DNA of 64,000 nucleotides from Isurus oxyrinchus. Taxonomy: Eukaryota. Shown in pieces: positions 47,942-60,574 of this stretch; position 1 is the stretch's first letter, and every line of letters begins with the position of its first letter. Both the position numbers and the translations under genes were made by a program. The stretch lies in contig JANJGN010000119.1 of the NCBI GenBank assembly GCA_026770705.1, positions 868,001 to 932,000 on the forward strand. The letters are read 5' to 3'. The notes below the pieces were generated by a model. That model saw only the letters and a list, made by a program, of their open reading frames with translations, made no database searches and had not been told where the DNA came from.

Positions 47942-49619
47942 CTTTTCTTCTCCGCCGATGCTGCCAGACCTGCTGAGTTTTTCCAGGTAATTCTGTTTTT
48001 GTTTTGGATTTCCAGCATCCGCAGTTTTTTGTTTTTATCTCTATAGTTAAACCTAACCTAGGTTGGAAAGGTTATTTTAAGCAGGACGGAATGCTATCTG
48101 CTTCTAGACCGACAGCCGCAGTTTATCTGGTCCAATATTGAGATTTCAACTTCTGGCAACATATGACGTCGAATCGATCAAAATTGAAAGTGACAGTTAA
48201 CCAAGCAGTACAGTCTGTGGGTGCAAGAAACAAGATGTAGCGAACACTGCACACGCGTAATTTTCAGGAAATTGAGCGGGACACAATAATCATTGATTCG
48301 GTTTACCATAACCCCTGAAATAATGATGAGGGCTTCTGTTGGTGCCATGACCACAGCGTAGCAAGTATCGCTGGTGGAGAGGCGGCACTTTCCATAGGAC
48401 AAGATCAATTGACGGAGATGGGCGGTTACTGAAGAACTCTTTCCGTTTCTGAGTCCAGGTAGATTGGATTTTAGCTGCACGAATTTGGTAGCAAGTCAGT
48501 GGTTAGGCTTAACTCGACCGTGACTTCAGCCAGCATCCAAACCAGGTGTAACAAATATGTTTCTGAGCCAAGCAGCAGATTACTTCCAGGAGCCAGGTTG
48601 ACATCTTAAATGTTGTTCACGAGTAACCAAAATGGGTATACTGGACATTGTTATGTGATCTCCACCAACTCTCAGTGTAAGGACTCATTCCAGTTTGGGA
48701 TCTCAGCCTTCTGCATGAAACTCACCATTCAGGTGTGAGCAATGCCCTCATACAGGAGACTCACATTTATCTCAGACCACTACACGTAATTTGGGTACCG
48801 GAGCTAAAGATGTATCACATTATTATGTATAGAAGGGTATTAATGGAGTTGGTGCACATGCGATTAGAAAGCAGGCATTCAGTTCAACTGGAAGATCACT
48901 AAAAGAACTAAAACATATTTTTGTTTATAGAATGGAGGTAATAGCGAATTTCACACATATGTTAGTTTCTGGCCGATCATAACAGAATCACAACTCCATG
49001 TATCAGCTGCCGACATTCTGTCCAAAGGTAATACAGAAACAAACAGATTAGCATTGTGGAAATTGTTATGCCTCTATCCTGTGGATAAGAGTATGCTTAT
49101 GGGGTATTGAATGGAGGCCATTAAATTAACAGAGGCTAATGAGGATAGGATAGTTGTGACACATGTGTGTGTGTCCAATTCTCATTCACCTCAATACAGG
49201 ACAGTCGGCCTGAGACAGTGAATTGAGTATGAGGGAAACAGGAATCGAAGATTATACTGATAGTCCCCGATGACTTGCAGAAGAGTAAGGTTTGTCTCCA
49301 CCAGGAAGAATGGCTGAGCCTCGTTTCTGTGCTGTAAAACCTGCAATTGGGTATTAGCTAATTATAATCATAACGGAAATATTATTCATTAAAACATTAT
49401 TCTAATTTCCCAGTGGCTCTTGGGACTGTGTATGGCGATGGAGATTATTCAGCACCCAGAATCATCGTCATCAGCTCTACTTACAGCAAGTGTAATATGA
49501 TGCCCCGCATTGAATACATTTATACAATGACAGGTCCCACAGGAAAAACATGGTCGTATTTGACAGGTGCAGCACTGCATTAAATGTCCACAAAGGCATT
49601 ATGGATTTTTATTTTCATC

Positions 49620-49752
49620 TGTTTCACGAATGTCCTTTAGGGAGGGAAATCTGCCTGCATATTAACCCAGACCTCCAGCAATGTGTTTGACCCTTTAAGT
49701 AGGGGTGCACAATAAATGCTGGCCTAGCCAGCGACGCCCACACCCAATGCTT
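49620..49752 (+). mobile_element. DeuSINE-like SINE 3' half
   Basis: AATGTCCTTTAGGGAGGGAAATCTGCC...CAGCAATGTGTTTGAC...AATAAATGCTGGCCTAGCCAGCGACGCCCAC. Confidence 0.75.
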
Positions 49753-50169
49753 TCCCCCTGTACACGTGTAATTGGCCGCTCTACCTACCTGTGGGAATTC
49801 AATAGAACAATTCATAGATGCAAAAAATCAATTAATAAATAGATCGGTGAAATGATTTTTAAAAGGCAGTCGGACATTTCACCTGTCTTGCCAATGCCAG
49901 TTGCCAGCAAGAGCAGTTCAGCAAAATTCACTCCCTTGTTTCCTCATCTTTATTTGGCGTAATGTATCTTCCGTCATTTATTCTGTTCGCTTCCGCTTGA
50001 ATCGCTACCAAAGTCGGACAGCTAATGGGGGAAAATAATCCCCTTTAACCTCGACTGCACTCTCTTCAAGTATCTCAAAATTAAATTCTGGGACCTAGAA
50101 CTAGAGGCAAAGGACAGGATTTGAAATATTTGTCCATCTCTCACGGAACGTGAGTTGTATAGCTTTCCT

Positions 50170-50850
50170 AGTTCAACACTTCATTCGATAGGTTGATGAT
50201 GATTCTTTTTGTAACAGTTCCTTCTTTAAGGATGATCTTGACAGAGTAAACAATTTTGCATCTATTTTCTGACCACCCCACGCCTGCAAACGGGCCACCT
50301 GTGAACCTACCTTTATTTTGATTACTTTTCCATCTGAATTTCAGGGATTATTCTCAGCATTAATATTTTCTATGAACTACGAAATCAGAATGTTAAATTG
50401 AGAACTGTTCGTTTGACCCCATTTCCAGTAAACAAGGCACAATTCTCCCTTCGCCTTTGCAAATGTTCAGATGTCACTGCCCATAACAAATCTTCAGATG
50501 TGCCTTCCTTTAAAATCAGCATTACTTAACCCATATTTTAATGGTCTGATTCCCTCGGTAAAGGCTGTTCCTTTTCCCAAATTTCTCCCCTCACTGTCTT
50601 CCCCTCCTTTCCAACAGAAAGATACGTTTCCCCTTGTTCTCACCTTCTATCCCAACCATCTCCACTTTCTGGACTTTATCGTCCACAATTTCCACCATGT
50701 CCACTTAGATCACTAATAACATCTTCCCCCACCCCTTACAGATGTTCCGTGTTTGTTCGTTATTTCTTCCACATAAAACATCTCATTTGCTTTCTCCCAA
50801 GCCTCTCCATATGCAAGAGTAGGGGATGCAATAGCTGCCCCATATACCTA
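50170..50850 (+). mobile_element. Old Penelope-like element RT fragment
   Basis: PFQQKDTFPLVLTFYPNHLH...IVHNFHHVHLD (ORF 50471-50716) and ICKSRGCNSCP resemble the PLE linker seen at 59940-60020 and 60610-60650. Confidence 0.6.
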
Positions 50851-50899
50851 ACGCCTTATAACGTGCTCCTGACCATTTTTGGCAAAGAGGTCCTCCTAC

Positions 50900-51900
50900 A
50901 CAACAGCCTTCCAAAATCTCTTTTCATTTAAGTAATACCCTGCTTTGATATGCTTGTGAACAAAATGGAAATCCTGACATTTTCCCACTTTGTACAGTAC
51001 ATGCCAAAATTGTACAGCGCGTGTCAAAAGTCTTCAGCTAACATCTCTAAACTACTTTCCAGGCTTGTTTGTATATTCCTAGCAATTTTATTTCCCAGCT
51101 CTCTTGGCATGGTTAGAAATTTTGTGTACAGCTTACTCGCCATTTCATAGAACAAATTTGGAGAGTTTGGAAATAGGTCAGGCTGCACGATTGAGCCCTA
51201 TGCCACTCCACTAGTAACCGAGTGTCAAACTGAAAATGAAGCATTTATCCTGACTCACTTTAGTTTTGTTTACCATTCCCCCATATATAATAATGCGTTC
51301 TCCCCGACTCCATGAATGCTTTGTGGTAAGATTTTGTATTACATAGCATCAGATCGTTTCCTTTCTGTAAACCAAATAAAGTAGATCTACTGCTGCCCCG
51401 TGTATCCACCCTGCTGCATACAACTGAGAATATAAGAATAAATTTGTCCAGGACTATTTTTCCTTCAAAAAATCATGTTCACTCTTTTCGTACTATAATT
51501 TCCGAAATTAACCGCTGCTCCATCATTAATCATGGATTCCAGTGTTTTCCCAGTGAGAGAGGTTTGGCTCACTGCTCTAGAATTTGTTGCTTTCGTCCAC
51601 TACCCTATGCAATAGAAGTGTTACATTCAGCATGTTACAACCCAGTGTGACATTTCCAGATTTTGGAATTTCAGAATATTTGAAGCAACCAATCTTTTAT
51701 TTCTGTTGCCACTATTCTGAAAACACTGGGTTGCACAGCATCAGATTAAAAACATTGGTTGCCATTTTTACTGTTATATTTCTACGTATTTTGTCTTCTA
51801 GTTTTAAATATTTCTACAAGTTACACCCTTCCTTCTTCCCCTTGATTTCCTATTTTTTTTTTAATTTTATTTTTCGTGTCTTTCATGTAGGAATATTCTA
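50900..51900 (-). mobile_element. Old CR1 LINE ORF2 fragment
   Basis: The - strand shows degenerate CR1 RT sequence (VTSGVA*GSIVQP at ~51180-51220; HDFLKEK at ~51460-51480). Confidence 0.6.
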
Positions 51901-53099
51901 AGTGTCAATGGGCGGAATTTCCTTGTCTCTTTGTCTGGCGGGCGTCATGGCGGGCGTGAATGGGCAATATAGTGGGAAGGCCAAAAGTAGGAGTTGCACT
52001 TTCGTGAAAAAAACAGTTTTTGAATAGCCTCTGCAGCAGGTAATGACGGGCTTCACTTCCAGCAATCGAATGTAAGAAACAAAATGTGGAATTTTATTCC
52101 AGCAGGATGCTACGGTCAGCCATAGCCACCGAAGTCTAGAATGGATCCCCGCATTTGCACCGCCTTCCCAGCCAGAAGGGGCCATAAATTTTGGTATTTT
52201 AATACTGTGCAGGTGGCTGGAATCATCCGTCCAGGTTAATTCTACCTCCCACATCAATGTGACTTCAGAATGTCATGATATACGATTATCTTGACAGGCG
52301 TGCATCTGGCGACTTGAAGTTTTAGAGTCCTCGAAGGTAAGTGCACACAACCTTGTGCAGTACTCAGAAGCCTCGCCCGTAGGGCATTTAGGAAGAGGCA
52401 ATGCACACTCTGTTGGAGTCCCGGGGAGGGCATGGGTGGTAGGGAGGGAACATGCAAGTCACTGATACCCAGCTGGCTTTTAGTGCAGTGCTGGGGCACG
52501 GGATCCGGTGTAGGTGGGCTGATAGGTGGGGAGCAAGATAACAAAGACGGATGGATGCTCGCAGCCACAGGCCAGGTGTCAAAAATCTTGTCAAAATTGA
52601 GCTTTGCTGCACAGGTGGGATGGTTCAGCAGCAACTTCATTGATATGTTTGGAGTCAGGTTCTGAAACATGTCTGCTCACTCAAACAACGGAAAAGCATG
52701 AATGTGCCACCAAATTGTCTAGAGCCTCTCATCTGTCGAGCGCGCATTGCAAATTAATCAGCGTTTTAGGATGCTGCAATTGGACGACTGGGCAATTTGT
52801 TCACGCCTCTTGTGAAATGCGGCCACCTCACTTAGAGTCCTTGATATGTGGTTATTCAGATTTGGAGCAGTTCCCTTCATGGTTTAATTGAGCAAAATAG
52901 CCTTGCTGTGTGTGTTAGGTGGATGCCCGCCTTGAGCTGAGAGTGCAGCATGAATTCCAGAAGACAAACTGCTGACAATAGGTCAAGAGAGTTGGGAATG
53001 GAATAGGCGGTGTTTTGAACAATCATGAAGTGCACTGGCTTTTGCGGTGGTGCCTGGCACATGCTGGCAAGCGCCAAGTGGCCTTTTGTCTTCACCAAG

Positions 53100-54330
53100 A
53101 GATTTACTTTGGACACATATGCTAACCCAAGCGTCTCTCTTTCTGATCCTGGAGGAGCAGACATCAGGATCGTGCAGCCGGTTGAGCTACTACTCTGTTT
53201 CATTGCTTACAGGGAGCAGAGAACAAAGGAAAGAGTGCCTGGCTCGCAAATGAGTTGAAAACTAACTCACAATGAAGGTGTGGCAGGGCATCCTGCACAT
53301 GCAGCTAAAGATCCACAGTGGGCCGTCGCTCTTATGTGCCTCACTAGACCCAGGGCCCATAGATGGCTCCTGCCATTTCTGCATATGGCTAAGAACCAGT
53401 GTCGCCAGAAAGTGCAGATTTCTAGGGGATTGTCGGTCACATAACTCATCTACTGCATGATATAGAGCCATGGGGACATGGAGGACATCTACTGTCAGTG
53501 ACCAGGAACGTGATGTAAAACACAATTGGTTCCCCAGGTGACCTGTGCGGGATGTCACAAGCCTTCTCTCACAGGGCCTTTCATGAGATCGTGGACTTCT
53601 TCTTCTGAAGGGCCAGAACCTATTGCATTTTGACCGGGGTCAGGCAAGGCAGGAAGTTTTCATTTAGAGCGCTAGGTCTTCCGACAACCTCTGATTTTCT
53701 ACAGTTGCATGGTGCCATCGCGTGCACTCATGCGGTGCCTAACTCTCTGTGGCAACAAACATCCAATGGCATCAACCACAAGGGCCCCCAGCTAGTGTAC
53801 ACACAGCTGGTTTGCAACCTCAACAAGTGTATCCTCCAGCTCGCCAAATGATTCCCACAGCGTGTTCATAAACAAAAAATAATTTGCTAGCCGCAGATCC
53901 CAACATCCTCAAGTGTCTAGAGAGGCTGCAGTGCTGGATCCTCGGGGACAAGGGCGACCCACGTGGCTGACCAAGCTCATGTGCCAGCCTCAAGCTGCAA
54001 CAGCGACATAGTATAATGAGGCTGTGCCATAAATCAGACGTTGGTGGAACAAACAATAGACATAAGGACATTGAGGGTCTGGTATCTCTGCAAGCCGTGT
54101 GGCATGTAATTCAGCTCCCAGAGGGTGTCGCATCATCACAGCTGATTGGCGCTGCACAACCTGGTGCTGCACTCGGCAGAAGACCTGCATGTGGAGGAGA
54201 TGAACGAGCTGCACGTCTCCTTCACAAGGAGGGCGTCGAAAGGGATGAGAGTGATGAGTTCCCGAAGCCGAGGTTGACAGCACTGAGGACATAGCACTGG
54301 CCAGGCAAGGCAGACAATTTGATGAGGCTT
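53100..54330 (+). pseudogene. Harbinger (HARBI1-like) DDE transposase relic
   Basis: FLQLHGAIACTH (GAIDCTH with D>A), NHKG...QLVCN (ORF 53630-53851), WILGDKGDP (~53935-53961, cf. GDKGYP), YNEA and VEQTI (~54012-54058). Frameshifted. Confidence 0.85.
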
Positions 54331-56559
54331 CAATGGCCACATGTTTCGTGAAGAATGATGACGAGATGCAGGGAGGTCAGTGCTTGTATCTGGCTTGAAA
54401 CATAGCCGGCAATGGCAATTTCTGATAGGCGATGGAAAAACAAATCCTTGCATCGGTGCAAGTTTGGCACCAGGCTGATGGCAACGCACATTCAATCAGT
54501 GTTCAGGGACTTGCCTCGGAGTGCCACTAGAGGGCACAATTATTAGATAGGTTTCAGGAGGATCATGAAAACATGCCATGAGGAGACTCCACTTCTTTTC
54601 ACATTTCTTCAGTAGACGCCTGACTCCTGTTTGGCCGAGGGCAGATTGCTTACATTCTGTGATCAGTCTCATATCATGTGTGTTCAGCGGTGCTACTATA
54701 ACAGCACCTGATCCTTTGGCAGCCAATATCACACTTTTTCGTCAGAACTGCACCGTCACCGGACGCTGATGCTGAAGAGATTGGAGGCCAAACCCACCTC
54801 AAAGGCTCTCACAGCACACAGGGATAATGATGAAACTCTCTGATTCCTGCCGATGACATTCTGACTACAATAACATATATGATCGAGGTGCAGCTGTCAC
54901 GAATGTGTCAATTGAGTGTGAAGCCGGATGATTAGTTGATCTGAAGAGACTGCACAGGGAAGAGGCTGAGGAGTAAGACACTCCCCTTCATCTTCAGGAA
55001 CCAGGTTTGCACATCTGAATGCTAAAACACTGTTCATCCCAACGTGCAGCAAGAGAATTAGACATTCTTGAGACTTTATTTACAATACGAAACATTATGT
55101 ACACCGATGCCCACATGGTGCTACAACATATTCTTAACTATCATAACCCTGTTGCTATGTCTTGGTGCTCCCCCGATGTGCACATTGGAGGTGTGGGCAT
55201 CTGCTGACTGCTACACCCAATTGTCTGTGATGCCTTCGGCGGGCATCTTCTGGAGGACCTAGACCAGGAGGGGTTTCACGAGCTGCTTTGTGCACTCTGA
55301 TGTGAGCCAAATTAACCCTTTTCAGTCTTTTGAGCTGGAGATGTTGGTGACACAAGAAGAGGGGCTTTCGATGGGATGGGCATTCCCAGAAACCTGTTGA
55401 GTGGCCTAGGATATCCAGCTGTTGGTCATCTTCCTTAAGGGTGTCCATCAGCCTCTGGCTGACTATTGAGGAGAAGGGGAATCTGGAGTGAAATTGATTT
55501 GTCCCCCCACCCCTCTTGCATTAAGAAAGGTTAAAGCCAACTGTGTATCAGCGATGGAGTTCAGCCCGGGCAGCAAAGCAGGAACAATGCTTAGGCGACC
55601 GTCACCCTGCTAGTGTTTACCCCGATGGGTTGGCATGCCGGTGCTTTCACCTCAGGCTGAAGCCAGACAAAGTCTTATATCACATTTTGCATCAGGAATC
55701 ACTTCATGATGTTCCTGTGATTGACCTTGAAGCTCCAACAACTCATTGATGACTGAGTCAAAAGTCTCATCAACTGATTAATACTCAACAATGTCCTTCC
55801 CTCCACTAGATCATTGAGTGCCAGCGATATCAGATATCCCTCTCTCTGCCTTTAGTGGAATAGATTGTGTTCTGTGCTCACCAGATTTAGAGCTCGACAT
55901 CTAGGTCCCAGAGAGGTGTGTGTCACTGCGCTTTTGGAAGTAGTGGTAGGGCGCTGTGACGGATCTTCAAAGTTGCTGCCCTCAGAGTCCTCATCATAGG
56001 TACTTTCTGTGCTTGGGTCGGCGTTAAATTTGCTTGACAGCGACGTAGAGGATGCGTCTAGGACAGTAACTGAAGATAAATAGTTCCGGCACTCGCATTA
56101 CATGAGAAACAGTGGACTCAGTGTACCGTTGACAGCCGGATGATCTGGTGCGATATCCTTCTGTGGATTCTTGCCGGTGATGTGAATTTCGCTGCAGGGA
56201 CACTTCCCTTCCATTCTGGCTACCTCCACCATGCAAATCTCGAACAGAGTGAATAGCTCGATGACTGGGAATCCACCAGAAGTCTAGTACTCCACCCGTA
56301 GATTATCCGTGATCTTGCTCTGAATAAACAACGATGGGGAGATTGCAAGCAAGCCACTTGCCAGGCCAAATGGGAATGATGGCAGGCATGTGTGTGTGCT
56401 AAGTGAAGCCATGGGTGACATGGGTTTGGGGGGTGGGGGGTTGGGTGTGGAAATATCTGGAGGAGATGAAGACAGATGGTGATCTGTGGGCGTGTGTGGG
56501 TGAGCGATGATGTCCCTTGAGCTGGCTGAGAGTAGGACTGATGGGTTTTTTAGGGCATT

Positions 56560-56900
56560 TTTAAATTATTCGTTCTTGAGTAGTGGGAATCATGCGCCAG
56601 ACCTAACGCTTGATCACGGAGCTTTTAAGAGTGAAACATATTGCTGTGGCTCTGAAGTAAAATGCACGCCAAACCAGATAAGGAAAGCAATTATCCTTCC
56701 CAAAAGGCAATTAGTGAATCACATGAGTTTTTAAGACAAACGAGAATGGTTTCATGCTCATCATCAAACTGTTTTGGTCCAGATTTTTTATTGAATTCCA
56801 ATTTCAGCATCTGCGTTTTTGAGATTCCAACCCAGGGTCCCAGAATAATCCACTGGGTGTTTAGAATAACAGTCCAGTGAAAATATCACCATGATATCAT
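56560..56900 (-). mobile_element. DeuSINE-like SINE nested in the Harbinger element
   Basis: The - strand head CACTGGACTGTTATTC...CTGGGACCCTGGGTTGGAATCTC and the body match the other SINE copies. Confidence 0.72.
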
Positions 56901-56919
56901 GATGAGCTGGTTGAATTAC

Positions 56920-57158
56920 CATTGTGGCAGGGGTGAGATCATTTATTATTTTTCTGCACAGGATGTCCGACCTGTTGTGTGCACTGCTGGCGACGACTGC
57001 CGCTGCCACGAGCCCCCAAACCGGGGTGGTGAAACTGATGCGCAGTCTATGGGCAGAACAAAGTAGAGGACATCATGCTTGCCTGGTGATGTCCTAAAGT
57101 CGTCTCAGGGATGCGTCATTGAATCCACAGTTGCACTCTGCTTTGCTTTTGTCGCCAT
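56920..57158 (-). pseudogene. Harbinger Myb/SANT-like DNA-binding protein, first exon relic
   Basis: ATG at 57158 (MATKAKQ), then FNDASLRRL and PVWGLVAAAVVASSAHNRSDILCRKIINDL, the W...VA..V.A.....R....C.K..NDL pattern. Followed by a GTAATT donor. Confidence 0.75.
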
Positions 57159-58399
57159 GTCTTCAGTGAAGCCGTCCTGAGCTGCAAACATTCAGAACTG
57201 TGCGGACAACAGCAATTTAATTATGGTGCATGGAGTAATAAAGTATCAAGGTAGCCATGCTGGGCAAATGGCAGGCCGCCCATCAGCAGCCACGCGTGAG
57301 TGAATTTTAATGGGGCGGTTGCAGCAGTAAAGTGGGGCAAAAATCCATCATTGTGGCCGAGGGGTAAGTCCCGTTTGTTATTAGTACCTACGGTCGAATT
57401 TAAAGCAACTCTGCAATGATTCCACACACTCCCTAAACACTTTGCAGATGTAATTAAGTACAGGCAAATTAAAATGTTTAATTTTACTCGCAAAAAACTC
57501 AGTGAGACGATAAATGGAGCATATTTGAAAGCTGTCCCCGAGCAGAGTATTGCGCCTGTGTATATATTTATCATAGATTACGGCAAGACACTTTGAGAGC
57601 GCGGTTAATGAAGTGTAAAACACCCTCGGCTTCCTTCATGGTGGAATAGTGTATTAAACCAAAGCCGTTATGTTGAACTTTTTCAACTGAATATAACATA
57701 AACAGGACGAGCTGGAAAAGCATAACATGTTTACAAACGTGCGGAGAGAGAAACGAAGTTAACGTTTTGAGAACTGTACAGAGGTGGAAGTTTGACGGTT
57801 TATGCTGTTAAGAAGGTTAACCAGAACGGTCTGAGGGCGTGCCACTTCTTCCTTGAACGGAGGCCAGAACAATCTACATCCACGAGCAATCCCCTCCATC
57901 TGGCTGAACTTGTTCTCTCATTGGAAAGTTTCTAATTAAACGTGTCAAACTTCTTCCAAGTAAAAGGCATGGTTTTGGGTAACTGCAGGGCCCATAGTTA
58001 TGCCTGACTTTCAATGGAGAATATAAAACATTCTTTGTTCCAATTCTACCCTGTCCAACTCCCATAAAGCTTTTAGCTTCTTTTCTCGTTCATCTAAGAA
58101 TGTACCTGCGCCACTGCCTGTTCTTGTGCAGAAATGTTTTTTTTATTATTTCCTTTAACATTACTTCCAATTTAAACCCTTATCTCAGCTTCGCTTGTCA
58201 ATCAATGTTGTACAGCTTTGACTTCCATTTCCTGGGATGGATTGCTGCTGTCAATAACCAAAAAAAGAACTCAGAATCTGGAATAGCTTCACGGGTAAGT
58301 AAATGTTTTGAGATTCTTACAGTTTCACACACTATGACATGGGGCTTTTCAGCAACCTCATAAATCTGACCCGATCCATTTTCTCATCATGCAAGATTG

Positions 58400-59330
58400 T
58401 TACTGATCAAGGTCGCATGCAAATCTCCCTGCCTTTGGCTACCCTGATCAGATAATTTTGCGATGTGTTACATAATTTCGGGTTGACGCTAAAACCGTCA
58501 CTTTCCATCCTGAAATGTGGCCAGTCTACCCTAGATTACCCTAAAATGAAAAGGATTGAAAAGTTCTGAGCCACAAATGCTCCTATGCAGCCGCAACACG
58601 AGTGATGTCGCTACTAAAAGGATGTTGCCTTGATGCCAAAAAGAAGTTCTGCCTATCACACAAATAAATAACCTGGCATATGGCTTTCAATGCTAGTGTG
58701 GTGCTGGGTATGTAGGGTGTACGCCTCAAAGGCAGGCGGCTCATGTGAAAGAGAATATCACAGCCATTATTTGCAATGGACAAGCTACAGAACTTATTCA
58801 AATACCCCATGCTTCCAAAACCCAAATGGAGTGCCCAATATTACATGTGATTCCGTGATTGGACAACAATTGCTAAATCCTCAGCGCGTGAAGAATTACA
58901 CTGACAACCAATTAAAAACTTTTAGTCAGTGTCACATTGTGGCTCATTTAAATGTCCTGGAAGCTGCATATACAAGAAATAGGGCACTGTTTTATAAAAA
59001 AAGATGGAACATTTGCACACATTGCGCCTGTTTCAGCTAAAGAAAATGATTTACAGCCATTTGCTGACTCATTCCTCGAGGCAACGTTTTGAAGAATGAG
59101 GCTCAAGCTCCCTACTTTACAGTTCAAACAATGCTAGGCAGTTAACTATCACCCACCATCACTGGTACATTTGCATGGCAACGGCTGCATCAAGCTGAGC
59201 GCATTTGCATACCAAATCTTCACATACAGTATAAAATGCTGGTTTCCCCTGATTTGTTCGTATACCTATGAAGTGCTCTGATGAGCGCAAGACCAAATGC
59301 ATCAGCATTTCTACTTTTTCCCGCAATTCT
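58400..59330 (+). mobile_element. Penelope-like element family 2 (GIY-YIG region + 3' UTR with decayed hammerhead)
   Basis: CDSVIGQQLLNP...YTDNQLK...HLNVLEAAY (ORF 58690-59040). Hammerhead-like TGCT-CTGATGA-GCGCAAGAC-CAA-ATGCAT-C-AGCA at 59274-59307. Confidence 0.72.
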
Positions 59331-59659
59331 GGAATGAGTTAAAGGTAGAAAATTATTATCTGCACGCTTGCAAAGGACAGCTTCAGCAGAAAAAAAAACA
59401 CTCAAAAAAGATCAGTCACATCAGGTTTTTGATACAATAAGTTCATCAAAGAAAACGCTCAACTGGCTGCAGTTGGTAAAAGCCAAGTTACATCATGTTC
59501 AGCCTTCACAATATCAGCTCAGTCTTTGTGCAACAACATCAAGTAAAAATTGGTAACCAGGAAAGATGAGCTGTCCAAGAAGTTCTGACGGCAATATACA
59601 GTAGGAGAAAGAGATTTCAAAGTACACCTCATCTTAATCACATTAACCCTTTAATCCCA

Positions 59660-60315
59660 ACATCATTACAAAGCCAACGGACCCCAAAGTTAATTCGACT
59701 TCACCTCCTCACTCCCTGACTGCTTTAAAGACACGATTTCGTTCCCCCAGTTTCTCCATCTCCATCGCATCTGATCTGATGTTGCCACCTTCCATAACGG
59801 CAAATCTGAAAATCTTCCTTTTTTCTTAGTCCTGGATGCATTCCTGACTGTGATGGGCGGGGAACGCAACTCTGACTAAACTTGTTCCTGCTCCTCTGAC
59901 CTCCTTCACATCTCCCCTTAGCTTTTGAAACAATTTTAGAATCCCCCTTGTCCTAGCATTGCATCCCACTAAGTTTCATACTCAAAGTATCATCCTCTTC
60001 CATTACCAGCAACTCTAGCATGATGCAACCACAAAATATCGTTTTACCTGCCTCCTGCCAACATTCATAAGATATAGCATTCAATCAGGATACACATATC
60101 AACTTCTCTGTCAACCTCAAAATCTCACCTTCCCCCCATGAAATCGTAGGAGGATCAATAAATACCACTTTAATTCTTCCTTACTTACTGCCCAAGGCTA
60201 CAAAGCACTAATTTGAGAGAATTAAACATTTAACAGTACGTTTTTCCCCGCTCATAATGCCGTTGCTTCTACACAGGTGAGACCAAAGGCTGACTGGTTG
60301 TCTGTTTTGGGGGTA
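59660..60315 (+). mobile_element. Old Penelope-like element fragment
   Basis: Degenerate FPQFLHLHRI*SD, RIPLVLALHPT and YTGETKG*L segments, collinear with the PLE thumb, linker and GIY-YIG. Confidence 0.62.
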
Positions 60316-60329
60316 AGTTATGTCCATAC

Positions 60330-60492
60330 GTTGTCTGGCCTATATGAGACTCCTGATCCACAGCCATGTGGTTGGCTCTCGATTTTTCTCTTAAACAGAT
60401 TAGCAAGCCACTCAGTTCTCAACGCAAAAGTGGTATTGTCAATAAATGATGGCTAGCTAGTGATGCCCATATGCCATTAATGATGAAACTGA
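60330..60492 (+). mobile_element. DeuSINE-like SINE 3' half
   Basis: GTCTGGCCTATATGAGACTCC...CAGCCATGTGGTTGGCTCT...CAATAAATGATGGCTAGCTAGTGATGCCCAT. Confidence 0.7.
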
Positions 60493-60574
60493 AAATTCCA
60501 GACGCCCAGACGCATGAATGCGAACGTCCAGTCTCTTTCCCTTTCAATTAATGACCTTGCTCTCATACACAAGT

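Larger units (their letters stand above)
47786..48042. mobile_element. Fold-back Penelope mini-insertion with a perfect 14-bp TSD
   Basis: Near-perfect inverted arms centred at ~47895. ATAGTTAAACCTAA occurs at 47772-47785 and 48043-48056. Confidence 0.92.
47637..48410 (-). pseudogene. GPR139-like GPCR pseudogene, 5' part of exon 2 (TM1 end to TM5), interrupted by a Penelope mini-insertion
   Basis: The - strand gives LILSYGKCRLSTSDTCYAVVMAPTEALIII..., then after a frameshift APTDCTAWLTVTFNFDRFDVICCQKLKSQYWTR*TAAV. Past the insertion it reads INPSYFNDA*SVGFMIFEKKKTLLLPIGLIPLFN. All of this is collinear with the intact exon 2. Confidence 0.92.
51910..57630. mobile_element. Degenerate Harbinger/PIF DNA transposon with convergent transposase and Myb/SANT genes (ends approximate)
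   Basis: HARBI1-type DDE motifs on + and a Myb/SANT-like exon on -. Candidate left terminus GGGCGGAATTT at 51910; the right end is uncertain. Confidence 0.7.

Noticed and set aside
47786-48042. Inverted repeat as a MITE/DNA transposon, terminator or CRISPR-like repeat
   Set aside because: The arms match the 3' end of a GIY-YIG retroelement, are asymmetric and have long TSDs. The context is eukaryotic with no spacer array.
51898-55750. Dense cluster of 60-138 aa ORFs as host genes
   Set aside because: This is GC-richer Harbinger-derived sequence with overlapping frames on both strands. The only recognisable motifs belong to the broken transposase.
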